Positions 38,666-51,559 of a stretch of DNA of 64,000 nucleotides are shown here, piece after piece. The position numbers and the translations under genes were made by a program. The stretch comes from Octopus sinensis. Lineage: Eukaryota. The number at the start of each line of letters is the position of its first letter. Within the stretch, counting starts at the first letter, position 1. The notes under the pieces are model-generated. The model was given only the letters and a program-made list of their open reading frames with translations, was not told where the DNA came from and did no database searches. The DNA is taken from assembly GCF_006345805.1 (NCBI RefSeq), contig NC_043000.1:116374001-116438000 (forward strand), given 5' to 3'.

Positions 38666-40432
38666 CACAGACATGCCAGAAGTAAATAGACACTCTTGTA
38701 TCATTAACATTTATTTAAATCTGAAATTATATGTTCAGATTACCGTATTTTCTGCTGTAGTAGCCGTTATATTTTACCTGGGAAATTTAGTGTGCGGCTT
38801 ATAGAAAGATGCGCCTAATATGTGTATTTTTTTTATAAGTTTCAAGAGGAAAATAATTTGTGTATGGAGATCGAATGATTCCATTGATTTTTTCAGGACA
38901 AAGGTCGGTTGGTGAACAATGTGAAAGACTACTGCTACAGTACATTGGCGCCCGAAAGAAAACAAAGCGTATTTGCTTTGTTTTACCTTCATGTTTTGAT
39001 AATGTTATTTTTAATCTAATAAAGACTTTCATATTGACGAAATGTATTTGTTGTTGATTATAATCAGATAAAATCGTAACAATAACAATATATCTCATAA
39101 CTGTAAAATAACGCAATTTGAAACTGCATACACGTCAACAACAAAAAAGCTAGCTGCGGACCCGTAGCTCTATAGGTATTTTAAACACCGGTGCGCTTTA
39201 GGTGTGGATAAAACCAAAATTTTCCTCCAAATTCGGTCCTACGGCTTAAATACAGATGCGCTTTATAGACCGGTAAGTACGGTATTTATTTGTTGTTATA
39301 TTCTAAATATTATATATTATTATGTGAATGCCCTTTGCATTTTTCAATGCAAGGGCCTTAATAGCCATGTTACTGATCAGATGAATATTCGCTTGCCAAG
39401 TTTCATGCAGTAGTCTCAAAAGATCTGGCTTTGAAGATGCTTTCTTGTTCTTTTTATGAACTGTCCTGTCCATAATGTCCCAGAGTTGTTCAAGAATGTT
39501 CCTATCTGGTAACTGGCATGGTCACGGAATTTTTTAATGCTATTCTCATCCAACAAATCTTGGGTAGGTTTAGCCGTGTGACAAGGAGCCCAATCTTCCA
39601 TAAACAAAGAGTCTTCTTTAATCATTTCACCACTGGGGAAGATTGGAAGGAGTCCTTTCTGCAATATGGACACATATTTATCTGAGTTTATAATCTCACA
39701 CTCTACCATCTCTAATCAATCATTGCTCCAAATTGCTCTCCAGATCATCACAGGAGAGCTGCTGTGTTTCTTTGTTGGTTGCAATCTTTTCACATCAAAT
39801 TCTTGATCACAGAGTTTCGAGACCCACACTCAGCCAGAAAATACAAATCTGGACTCAGAGAATGTGACAGTGTCCCAAAATGCTAGTGTCCTCTTCACCA
39901 TCTAACTGGCCCAATATTTTCTCCGCTTGATGTTGGCTGGTTGAGGAAGTGGTTCCTTTCTTGCTGCCCTGCCATAGTAACCAAGTTTGTGGAGATACCT
40001 GACCGCTGTTCTGGAACTGACATCAACTTGTTCTGCTATGTTAGAGGTCTTGGAACGAAGATTATCCTCCACACTTCTTTTAACAGAGAGATGGGTCCTG
40101 TCAGTGAGCCCTGATTGATCTGCGTTAGGTGATATGGACACCTTCCCCTCTCTGGAGAATTGCACAATCAGTCTATAATTTGTAGAAAGCGGGATCCCAA
40201 GTTTTCCTGCGATTTGACGCTGATTATGCCCACCTTCAGAATGACCCACAATACGGGCTCTTTGTAATTCAGACATTTCCAAATTTTCTTTCGTACATGG
40301 CATGATTAAACAGACACATATAAAACCTAAAACATAAAAATGTCAATTAATAAAAATATATAAACCTTTACAAGTTAGAATAAACATAAAACGACAGTTA
40401 TGGGTTGTCTATTTACTTTTGTCATGTCTGTG
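38666..40432 (-). mobile_element. Decayed Tc1 (DD34E) transposon
   Basis: TIRs CACAGACATG(C/A)CA(G/A)AAGTAAATAGACA flanked by TA on both sides. Broken transposase: N-terminal HTH (39902-40303), WDTVTFS-ESRF, FMEDWAPCH, ..NILEQLWDIMDR. Confidence 0.88.
38741..39284. mobile_element. pogo/Tigger-like MITE nested in the Tc1 element
   Basis: Termini TACCGTATTTTCTG and CCGGTAAGTACGGTA, with subterminal GCGGCTTATA/ACGGCTTAAA motifs. No ORF. Confidence 0.7.
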
Positions 40433-40821
40433 TACATGCATGCGCACACACACACACACACACACACACTCACAGGTGTGTATACAAATTTTCCTCTTCC
40501 CCATTCAAGTTCCACATGTTACTCTGATCATCAGCTGAATTTTGCTGTTACGAGATTTTTCCAACCTGGTGTATCCTTAGGCGCGGACTTGTTTCATCTT
40601 ATATTTTGCCTGGTTTCTATTGACTCCTCTCTATTTTCATATAATGTATTCGCATCATGACACCGTTGTCAGATACTTTTTTTGTTATATTTCTTTGGTT
40701 GATCTTTACTATTTTGTTCAGTTTCTTATTTGTTTTTGTTAGCGTTTTTTAAAGGCTCCTCTCATAGTATTAGTTGTTAACTTCTCTAAAGTTATTTTAA
40801 ATTTATATTCCTTTAAATACG

Positions 40822-41230
40822 TAAGATGATATTTTTCGAACCAAATTTGCCGTTAGAACAGCAGAAAAAACTTGGTAAATCAACCTTACAGGGCAGAAAA
40901 GAAATCTATCAACAACCAGTCGTGGAACACGAACCCATATCTTTCAAAGACCCCGGTTGAATGTTTTAACATTAAGCTAAGCTGCTCGCTAACAAATTCA
41001 CCATAGAATTCAGACGCTAAATTCCTTAGCTTTATGGAACAACCATGTGTGTACAAATGAAAAAAACAAATATTTGTTTTTAATTAAGAGCGTCGAAAAT
41101 GTGTATTGTACAATACAAATAAGATGATATTTTTCGAACGCAGATTTACCGTTAGAACAGCAGAAATTCTTGGTAAATTAACCTTACAAGGAGGAAAAAA
41201 TTGTCAACAACCAGCCTTGGGATACAGTGA
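40822..41230 (-). mobile_element. SINE family D (tRNA-like head) plus a second partial copy
   Basis: Reverse complement has a head GCAGCTTAGCTTAATGTTAAAAC...GGGTTCGTGTTCCA. The ~105-bp tail is repeated at 40822 and 41120. Confidence 0.55.
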
Positions 41231-41517
41231 AAACGATTATTATTTATTTATCTTTCTGTACTTCCTCGCAGATCCTTATATGAATGTCTTGTGTTATAAA
41301 CTTTATAAGTTTTCATGAAAGTGATTTTATGCTGTTTCTCTCTTTTATGCTGTTTCTCACTTTATTCTGTTACTCAAATTTACAACATTAAATTTACTGT
41401 TTCTCAAATGTAGCAGATGTTGAGTTACCTTGCAGTATGTTTTCTAAGATTTTAATAGATCGACATATATCTTTCTGTTTTGGCTTGTCCTTCAGATAAT
41501 CTGTTAGGTTTTGGTGA

Positions 41518-41688
41518 TGTTATGTCGCACTTTCGGATGCCTCTACTCAACACTACTCTCGACTCTAGTCTACTACTCTCACCGCTACTCAACTAGTCTA
41601 GATATCAGAGGACAGTTGAGTAGCGGTGAGAATAGTAGACTTGGGAAGAAGAGAGTAGAGTAAAAGACTCCGAACGTGCGACATAACA
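41518..41688. mobile_element. 171-bp TG...CA element with TIRs, a 5-bp TSD (GGTGA) and an internal hairpin
   Basis: GGTGA|TGTTATGTCGCACTTTCGGA...TCCGAACGTGCGACATAACA|GGTGA. Internal IR TCTACTACTCTCACCGCTACTCAACT / AGTTGAGTAGCGGTGAGAATAGTAGA. Confidence 0.85.
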
Positions 41689-41977
41689 GGTGAATAAACT
41701 CTTTTGTTATGGAGTATTTATTTTCAATTTACTTCCGTGCCTATGAATGTAATTTTGTCTATGTTTTCTTACAAACGCTTATAAGAATGATTTATGGCTG
41801 TATGTGTGTGCGAATGTGTGCTTGCATATGTGTGACGCACACATATATGGTTCGAAACCACCTTTGTATCTATGATTATTGGCTTTCTAAAAACGGAAGA
41901 ACTTGCCAATTTTCACTCTCACGCGCGTACACACACACACGGGTGTGTGTGTGTGTGTACACTTCATACTCCTCCGC

Positions 41978-42395
41978 TAGGCGGCGAGCTGGCAGAAACG
42001 TTAGCGCGGCGGGCGAAATGCTTTGCGGTATTTCGTCTGTCGTTGCGTTCTGAGTTCAAATTCCGCCGAGGTCGACTTTGCCTTTCATCCTTTCGGGGTC
42101 GATTAAATAGGTACCAGTTACGCACTGGGGTCGATATAATCGACTTAATCCGTTTGTCTGTCCTTGTTTGTTCCCTCTGTGTGTAGCCCCTTGTAGGCAG
42201 TAAAGAAATAGGTATTTCATCTGTCATTACGTTCTGAGTTCAAATTCCGCCGAGGTCGATTTTGCCGTTCATCATTTCGGGATCGATACATTAAGTACCA
42301 GTTACGCACTGGAGTCGATATAATCGATTTAATCCGTTTGTCAGTCCTTGTTTGTCCCCTCTATGTTTAGCCCCTTGTGGGTAGTAAAGAAATAA
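41978..42395 (+). mobile_element. Head-to-tail B1 SINE dimer, second copy starting at the internal GTATTTC site
   Basis: Junction AAGAAATAG|GTATTTCATCTG at ~42210. Confidence 0.9.
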
Positions 42396-43520
42396 TAAAA
42401 AGAGTAACAATCAAAACATTACTCGATAAGTACTTTCTATTGTAGAAGACTAGAAGACACTTGCAAAGTTGCCGCGCGGTGGGACCGAAACCAGAACCTT
42501 TACAAAGTGACCTTCCTAACCACAGAACCATACTTGCGCTTGAAATGAATGAAAAACTTAATTAAGTTTATTTGTCAAACTTTATCACTTTCTCTCTCAT
42601 CTAAGCAGATTGCATTATCTCGAAAAGAAAGATTGAAAATATGAAACAAGTGTCTCCATTAACAAAGACTTATTTTAATTAGTTCAATTCCACCTTCAAC
42701 CTGTCTGATCTCTGTAACAGTACACGTGAATACGTGCAGCACAGTTCTTTTAAAGTATACATATTCGGAAATAAGTTATTATACTTTTAAATATAAAACC
42801 AAAAATTGTACTGTTGGAGTCTCAAACACAGAAAGGATGATAATTTTCTTGGATAAGAAACGTAGCAAAGCATTTTTTTCTTTTTTGAATTACAATAATA
42901 GAAAGTAATTTTATAGAACTCGGAAAGTTATTTTCTTTGTTCTGCTAGAATGGTGAATACAAGAACCACGATATACATACACACATACACACATGCATAT
43001 TAAGTATAAATGTATGCGTATATGTGTATGTGAGTGCGTGTGTCTGAAGGTGTTTGAGTTTATCAAGCTTTTACAAAAAAACAATGGCAGCTTCGAAGTT
43101 TCAGCTTCTTTGCAGTGTGTGTGTGTGTGTGTGTGGTGTGTGTGTGGAGAGAGAGAGAGAGAGAGATGATAACTAGATACTTAGACATAGATATTTAACA
43201 CACACACACACACACTATATATATATATATATATACACATATGTGTATATATACATACATATATATATGTATAAACGTACACACAGATGTGTGTGTATAT
43301 GTATATTATATATATATATATATATATATATGTCTAATATATATATATATATTATATATATATATATCTATATCTATATATATCTATATCTATATATATA
43401 TATATCTATATATCTATATCTATATCTATATCTTATATATATAATATATTATATATATATATATATATCTGTATCTATATCTATATATATATATCTATAT
43501 ATATATATATCATATCTATA

Positions 43521-43556
<36 letters not shown>

Positions 43557-43680
43557 ATATATATATATAATGATAAATCTCAGAGCGAGTTATAAACAGT
43601 AGCGGTAACACATCATGACGCATATGCGTCACGATGTGTTACCGCTATATTATATATATATATATATATATAATATATAT

Positions 43681-43748
<68 letters not shown>

Positions 43749-44269
43749 ATAAATAGATACATATACATATATGTATGTACGTATATGCGTATTGTGTGTG
43801 TGTGTGTGGTGTGTGTGTATGTAAGCAACCATACGCATGTGTTTGCGTGTTAATAAGTAAAAGTACATTAATGATACGGGTTATGTGCACAGATAAATAA
43901 AGAGAAATTTAAGAAATTCTGAATCAAAACACATACACTGATTTGAATAACAATTCGGTTCTATTCGAGTAATATATGTGGCTGTCTGTTTAACGAAAAA
44001 GGAATATTATCAAAACAGAAAGGAAATTGCATTGTCATTATGTAAACAGAGACGTGTACACATACAAATGCACTGGTTTATATATTTACCTTTTAAGTAC
44101 ACATATTTATATATATACGTACACAGTCACATATGTTATGGTCTCGGTAGGCTAATCTGGGGTTTGGGTATTTTAATGACTTTCAGAGATTAGCAATTTT
44201 ATCTGGAGTAGAAATCTCTCGAGGCGAAAGCACTATTCAATGTGATCCGTCGAACTCTCCAATTCACAG

Positions 44270-44835
44270 CGCGATAAGAGCCACGGATGAGAATTATGAT
44301 GCCCTGTATCAAAATTCGAAATCGCCAGTGATCTTGATATAGCGTGTTAAGAGCCACCGATGAGATTTAAGATGTTCTGCATCGAAATTTGAAATCGCCA
44401 CTGATCTGGATATTGTTGTTTGTTCCTTCTCGAGCCATGCCTGGTTCATAATGGCCGGTTTCCCAATTTCCTTGGCGTATAGATTCCCCACCTGGACGGG
44501 ACGCCGGTCCTTCGCAGGTAAGCTGCAAGATGCAGGAGGAAAGAGTGAAAGAAATTTGCGGTGAAAGAGTCACCAGAAGTTCGCCATTACCTCCTGCCGG
44601 AGCTGCGTGGAGCTTAGGTGTTTCGCTCATAAAAGCAAACATCGCCCGGTCTGAGATTCGAACCCGTGATCCCACGACCGCGAGTCCGCTGCTCTAACCA
44701 CTAGGCCATGTGCCTCCATTAAGGTGCTCTGCATCAAATTGTGAAATTGTCAGTGATATAGATATAGCGTGTTAAGAGCCACCGATGAGAATTAAGAGGT
44801 TCTGCATCAAAATTCGAAATCGCCGTTGAACTGGT
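44270..44835 (+). repeat. ~73-bp minisatellite whose unit folds as a type I hammerhead; interrupted by a SINE
   Basis: Unit consensus GATATAGCGTGTTAAGAGCCA-CCGATGA-GAATT..GATG..CATC..AATTC-GAAA-TCGCCASTGA-TC-TGG. Cores at 44284, 44357 and 44782, with a partial unit at 44719-44760. Confidence 0.8.
44414..44719 (-). mobile_element. SINE family C, tail C3
   Basis: C head. Tail TGCAGCTTACCTGCG..GTCCAGGTGGGGAA..AGGCATGGCTCGAGAAGGAAC followed by (AAC)n. A second copy lies at 56649-56942 (+). Confidence 0.9.
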
Positions 44836-45619
44836 TATGTCCGCTGGGTTGCTTGCATCCCTTTGTCAGTCATTTATATTATGGTTCTGTTACAATGAAG
44901 TTGTTTTGGTTTATATTTCTAGAAATGCTGGTACTATCTAGTACTCTCTCTTACTTTAGTGGCATCTGTAAATTGGCCTCTAGGTTGTTAAATTGCTAAT
45001 AAGCCACCCATATTATTTATATATATTTGTGTGCATGTGCGTATGTATGTGCGTGTGTCTCTGCACGTGCGCGCGTGTATGCAAATATATTGTTACACTC
45101 CTCCAGCGCAGCCCTCAACTTGAATTCCTGGCTATCAACTTTCGGACTGTAACCTTCAGAAAAATTAGGCACATTTATCTAATGATCGGTTGCGTGTACG
45201 TTGGAGTGGTACTTTTATGAAATATTTACGTTCAATGAAACCACACACACACATACAAGCACCCACATATAGGTATATACATGCATACATATCAGCATGA
45301 CATTCTCCATGCTTCTTTGCTGTTGTGCTTTATTGCCGTAGCTGAACGTGTTTAGAAGCTTAAAATTGCTGCTTTGTTTTCCTTAAAGGGCTGTTGTAAA
45401 TATCAACTTGTTTGTCTTGTTAAGTCGATCAGACTTGTAAGGTGCTGGTCGAGAATGTTCCGATACTCGCTCAGCAAACCGACATTGTGAAAGATAGAAA
45501 CCTTATTTGAACCAAAGCGAAATCTGAAAATGGCTTCCAAATTCTCGTGTTTGCAGGCGAGCGAGAATCGGAGTAATTTGTTGTTGTTGTTGCTGTTTTT
45601 ATTATTATCATTATTATTA

Positions 45620-46870
45620 CCGCTACCGCTACGCATTTTCAAAAACTGTCCTGAGGTTTACCTTGTCTGTCTCTTTACTAATCACCCATCACTCTTAAAG
45701 GTCACCACTTCTTAGATCTAAATGAAAAACTTAGCCTGAATTTTCATTTCTAAAAATCTACAAACTTTCTCAAAACAACAGATTTATCTTACTCGTCTCT
45801 CCATAATATATTTTACCACTTGATATTTCACCTAAAGACACTCTTTACTCTCTATTTCTCTCTCTCTAATTCAAAAATAAATGGGCGCAGGGGTGGCTGT
45901 GTAGTAAGTAGCTTGCTAACCAACCACATGGTTCCGGGTTCAGTCCCACTGTGTGGCATCTTGGGCAAGTGTCTTCTGCTATAGCCCCGGGCCGACCAAT
46001 GCCTTGTGAGTGGATTTGGTAGACGGAAACTGAAAGAAGCCTGTCGTATATATGTATATATATATATGTATGTGTATGTGTGTCTGTGTTTGTCCCCCTA
46101 GCATTGCTTGACAACCAATGCTGGTGTGTTTACGTCCCCGTCACTTAGCGGTTCGGCAAGATAAACCGATAGAATAAGTACTGGGCTTACAAAGAATAAG
46201 TCCCGGGGTCGATTTGCTCGACTAAAGGCGGTGCTCCAGCATGGCCGCAGTCAAATGACTGAAACAAGTAAAAGAGTAAAAGAGTAAGAGTATCTCAATT
46301 ACATAAGTTTTTCATCTATCAAAGAAATTTCAATATTGCAGACATATGAAAACCTTTTTAGAAAATTCATCAATCTTTCCTTCTCTCTTGAAATTTGAAC
46401 TTTAGCCGTCTCCTGTCCATATCCCTCTGACTCATCCATCACTGATAAAATATATCAGGAACCGAGTGTTTTATCTTAATTTTGTTTTTGAGAATCTACA
46501 AAATTTCTGAAAACAATACACTTGACTTTCCAATTATTTATTTCACGATAAATTTACTGGTCGATAATATTATTCACACCTTATTTATTAGCTTCCTTTT
46601 TTTTCTTCTCTCTCCCTTTTTTCTTTCCTTCAAGCTGTGTATCCTCACCATCGTACTCACTTTTACTTTCAAAACCATCCCTCGCGAAACTAATTAAAAC
46701 GAACTATTGAAAATTGGATAAGAAGGACTGAAAAACACAACTTATTGGGAATTGAGCAATTATTTTTCGTATATTCCTCACTTTCTTTCTATTGATTTTC
46801 CAGCTTTGAAACTGATGGATGAACGTCTCGATAACAATTTTAACCTATACTATAAACTATATGTATTAAA
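45620..46870 (+). pseudogene. Possible very old Penelope-like RT relic, split by the family A SINE at 45884
   Basis: Frameshifted NHPSL.K.T..FLDL...KSTN....LSYSSLH resembles the PLE RT/thumb pattern (N.HP.LKFT..FLD..Y.KPT..Y.S.HP). A degenerate CTGATGG..CTC-GATAAC-AATT sits near 46812. Confidence 0.3.
45884..46291 (+). mobile_element. SINE family A, best-preserved copy
   Basis: Intact A and B boxes, body and GGCGGTGCTCCAGCATGGCCGCAGTCAAATGACTGAAAC(AAGTAAAAGAGT)n tail. Confidence 0.94.
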
Positions 46871-47219
46871 AAAACTCATAAGACCGAAACATACTGCGGG
46901 TGTAATTACAGAAATATATACATTTGTGTAAATATATAAATATATACATATGTGTGTGTGTGTGTGTGTGGTGTGTGTGGTGTGTGTGTGTGTGTCTGTG
47001 TATGTGTGTGTGTGTGTGTGGTGTGTGTCGGTGTGTTTGCTGGACTCCTGAAATCTACATGTTTTTTTTTCATTCTCTGTTTATTTTCTCTTATTCCTTT
47101 CTGTTGAAGAGCGTAGGCTCGAAACGTAAAGGACTTTTTTTTATTTTTTCGGGGCGTCAAACTAACCCACTTGCTTGTTGTTCATACTCCTGTTTTCGTC
47201 TTTGTTTTTCTATAAATTT

Positions 47220-47267
<48 letters not shown>

Positions 47268-48544
47268 GTATATATATATGTATATATATATGTATATATA
47301 TATGTACACACATACACACACACGCACGCACACACACACATATATATACATGTATATATATGTATGTACATATGTATATATGTATGTATATATGTATGTA
47401 CATATGTACGTATGTATGTATGTACATATGTATGTACATATGTATGTATGTGTATTAATAATATTTCTTAATACTGCGTTACGTATGTTTTATCGAAATC
47501 GCAACACGCGCCCCATCGTTTGGTCGCTTGGTAAGGCATTCACAATATCCGAATGTTTCGTTGATTTTCGTCGATCAGTAAATATTATTCTCAATGTATT
47601 TTTTCAGATAATACAGTGCGATTGATTGGTGGTGGTCGCTGAGTGTTACTTACCAAAGCTAATACTGGCTTGTGTGAAACTTGAATGTTATTTCATACCA
47701 TGTAGAAATGAAATTCAGTACTTTCTGCAGTTGTACGTGTTCCATCCACAGATTTGAACAATCAAAGTAAGTGCAGTAATTTTTATGGAGGACTGTGGAG
47801 CGAACGGTGATGGAAAACTTTGAGACATAGAAATGCATTTTACTCGTTGCTGGCATTTGGAGAATAGCTCAGATTTAATTTTAAACAAAGCAGTGGACTG
47901 CTATTGTATGTGAAGTAAAACGTACTGGATTGTATCAACAGTAAATCCTTTACAATTAGCAACAAGAAATATAAAAAAAAATTTCAGTCGAATATTTCGT
48001 TTCTCATTAAGGGCCTTGTCTGACTAATATCCGTATGTGGAAGAAATCTTTGATACTAAAGTCTCAAGATAAAATAGAACAAGAAGTTTGTGTGGTTGTG
48101 ACCCTTGCATCCGTTAGGGTTTACAAATTGTGTAAATCTTCTTTTGAAGTCATTCGCTCAAACATCCCTAGCCATCAAGTGGTGCGAGAGCTTTAGAGAA
48201 AGAATAATTTCAGTGAATATGTGATTCGATTTATGCATTTCTCTGTGAGTACTTAAGAAAACTGTTGTATACCAGTTTGTTTTCTATATGTTTCAGCCTA
48301 CAGTATTGAAATCAATATTGTCTAGACAAGAGTAACTAACCTTTGAAATCGATATTGTCGAGAGATGAGTAACTAACCTCAACATTGCGTGTATTTAAAT
48401 GTTGAGGTTAATGTTCACTTGAAGGATGTGGCCAGATTATTGACAAGCAGTCCTTGGCTGTGCTCATGTAGGTATTACAGAGAATACAGATGTAAAGCAA
48501 ATGATTTCCCGCGCGCGCCGTGCACGTACGTCTTAGGCTAATTT

Positions 48545-48750
48545 TGCCTTATTTCCGTTCGAGATATTATAAAAATAATATCAAGAGTTCTCGATGCACC
48601 TACTCCGCGGCAAGAATCGCAGATGAGAGCAGAAGCATCAAACTCTCTCATTCACTAAATGCCACACATCAGAGTAGCTTTATTGGAAGTGTAGTAAAGC
48701 AAACGGTGGTGCCCCACCACGGCCACCGCTCTCGGTCTAAAACTATAAAA
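48545..48750 (+). mobile_element. Degenerate CR1 3' end
   Basis: VLDAPTPRQESQMRAEASNSLIH matches VPDEPTSRQE.QMRAAASNSLMHQ of the 12.3 kb copy. Tail GGTGGTGCCCCACCACGGCCACC..AAAACT. Confidence 0.75.
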
Positions 48751-49163
48751 AGGGAAAAGGAGAATATATATATATTTAGCTATTTCTTCTACTAAGAAGA
48801 AACTCCCGGACAACAAATACTCTTTGGCTGCTATTTCTAAAGTTCGGTATGTGGTTAAGCAAGTGTTCGCTGAACCCTAATTATAATTATACTCATAATT
48901 ATAAAATGTTGTTTAAGTATATCACCGTCACCGTAACCATGACCGACCAGGCTATCAGATGTTGCTACACATCGCTGGTCACAATGCGTTTCGCATTGTT
49001 GTAGCCTTCAAATGACGCCACCACCCCCTGCCGGAGCCTCGTTGAGCTTTAGGTGTTTACGTTTAATAAACACTCTCAACGCTCGGTGTGGGAATCGAAA
49101 CCGTGATCCTACGACCGCGAGTCCGCTGCCCTAACCACTGGGCCATTGTACCTCCACGTTTAA

Positions 49164-49219
<56 letters not shown>

Positions 49220-49244
49220 TATATATTATATATATATATATTAT

Positions 49245-49316
<72 letters not shown>

Positions 49317-49348
49317 CAGACAAACAGACAGATAGATAGATAGATAGG

Positions 49349-49434
<86 letters not shown>

Positions 49435-49757
49435 TGCATTTACACTTATGTATGTATGCGTGTTTTTGTACATGGATAAATAATGAACATTGATTTTCAT
49501 GCGTTATTAAAATAAAATCACATTGTCATAATTCATAAATGAATATTGTGCTCCACGGATACATTAGAACGTTTTAAAAAAAGAAACTCTATTTACGCTA
49601 GCGTCTATTCTTGTTTCATACTGTTTCAAAATGTGTCTGAACAGAAACGTCTGTCGAGGACAAACCTTTTAGGAACAATAATTATTAGCAAAAAATTAAA
49701 AAGAAAGACTATGAAAATATTCCGAATTTAATCTAGGCATCCATACGATTGCTATCC

Positions 49758-50830
49758 AGTGTAAATATTGCTTTAAAATTTGCACAAGGCCGGAAATTTC
49801 AAGGAGAGGATAATTTAGTTAGCTTGATTCCAGTGATCAACTGGCACTTGTTCTATTGACTCCGAAAGGTTGAAACGCAAGGTCGGTGGTGGCGTAATTT
49901 AAACTCAGAACATTAAGGACAGACGAAGTTTTGCCTAGCGTCCTCACGTTTTGCCTAGCTTTTTCACGGTTCTGCCATCTCGCTGCCTTGTGAAGTGTAA
50001 ATATTGAATGAAATTAAGGCGGCGAGCTGGTAGAGTTGTTAGCGCCTCGAACTAAGATTTAATGCTTCGTAAAATTTCTTCCGCCTCTTAACGTTCTGAT
50101 ATCAAATCGTAATGAGCTTCACTTTGACCTACATCCTTTTGTGGATCAATAAATTAAGTCCTTTTCTACTCTAGGAACAAGGCCCGAAATTTTTTGGGGG
50201 GAAGGAACAAGTCGATTAGATCGACCCCAGTACGCAACTTTTACTTATTTTATCGACCCCGAAAGGATGAAAGGCAAAGTCGACCTCGGCGGAGTTTGTA
50301 CTCAGAACTTAAAGGGAGACGAAAATCCGCTAAGCATTTCGCCCGGGGTGCTAACGATAAGCTCGCCGCCTTGTCAAGTGTAAATATTCAATTAATTAAA
50401 GCGGTGAGCTGGCAGAAACGTTGGCACGCCGAGCGAACTGCGTTTGCCGTATTTCGTCTGCCGCTACGTTCTGAGTTCAAATTCTGCCGTGGTCGACTTT
50501 GCCTTTCATCCTTTCGCGGTCGATAAATTAAGTACCAGTTACGCACTGGGGTCGATGTAATCGATTAATCCGTTTGTCTGTCCTTGTTTGTCCCATGTTT
50601 AGCCCCTTGTGGGCAATAAAGAAATAAGTGTAAATATTCAATGTAATTAAGGCGGCGAGCTGGTAGATTCGTTAGCGCTCCGAACTAAGATTTAATGCTT
50701 CGTAAAATTTCTTCCGCCTCTTAACGTTCTGAGATCAAATCGTAATGAGCTTTACTTTGACCTACATCCTTTTGTGGGTCGATAAATTAAGTACCAGTTG
50801 AACACTGGTGTCGGTGCAAAAGACTAATCC
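49758..50830. mobile_element. Mixed-orientation cluster of five family B SINEs
   Basis: B2(-), degenerate B(+), B3(-), B1(+), degenerate B(+). The spacer AGTGTAAATATT occurs four times. Confidence 0.85.
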
Positions 50831-51559
50831 AATCACGCAAAATATCAGGTTTTCTTCCTATAGCAAAAAAGGATCCTAGCTTTTGTTTGTTGTATTATTT
50901 TCCCAGTCATTTATCACGTTTGAAACGTAAATGTCTTAAAATAAATCAACTTGGTACAAGGAATGAGATAATATTGTAGTCTTTAGGCAGTTTTGAATAT
51001 TAAATTTTATCAGTTTTTTTTACGCCATCTCGTGAATGAATCATGCTCCAATGATGAAGCTATGACGCTTACTCATAACATTTCACTAAATCATATATTA
51101 AAAAACAAAAAGAAATTATAAATTTAAATAAAATCAAAATAAAAGAATTTTGTATTTAAATATAAAAAAAAAAACTATTAGATAACTATTTTACCCACTG
51201 GGTGTTATTTCAATATAACAAATCGTGAATATATATCAGAAAATAAATAATTTCTTTGAAAATCGAATTTCAAAATTATTTATTCTTGGTGTGTTAGCAA
51301 TAATTTTATCTTCCTCAAAATAAACTACGACCACGTTAAAGGTCGCCAAAAGTAATATTTTTGTAAGAGAGTGGAGAAGTAATAAATTGTGATATTTGTG
51401 TCTTGTTGAAAATGAACTTTGGTGATCATTGGACTACGTTGAAGATAATATATTTTGGGAGATCAGGTTAACAATTTAAGTAAATGTTGGTGATAGTAGG
51501 TTCGGAAGGGAGGTAACTGAGGGCTGATCATGTTTGTGGCAATGTCAGCAGTTACAGAA

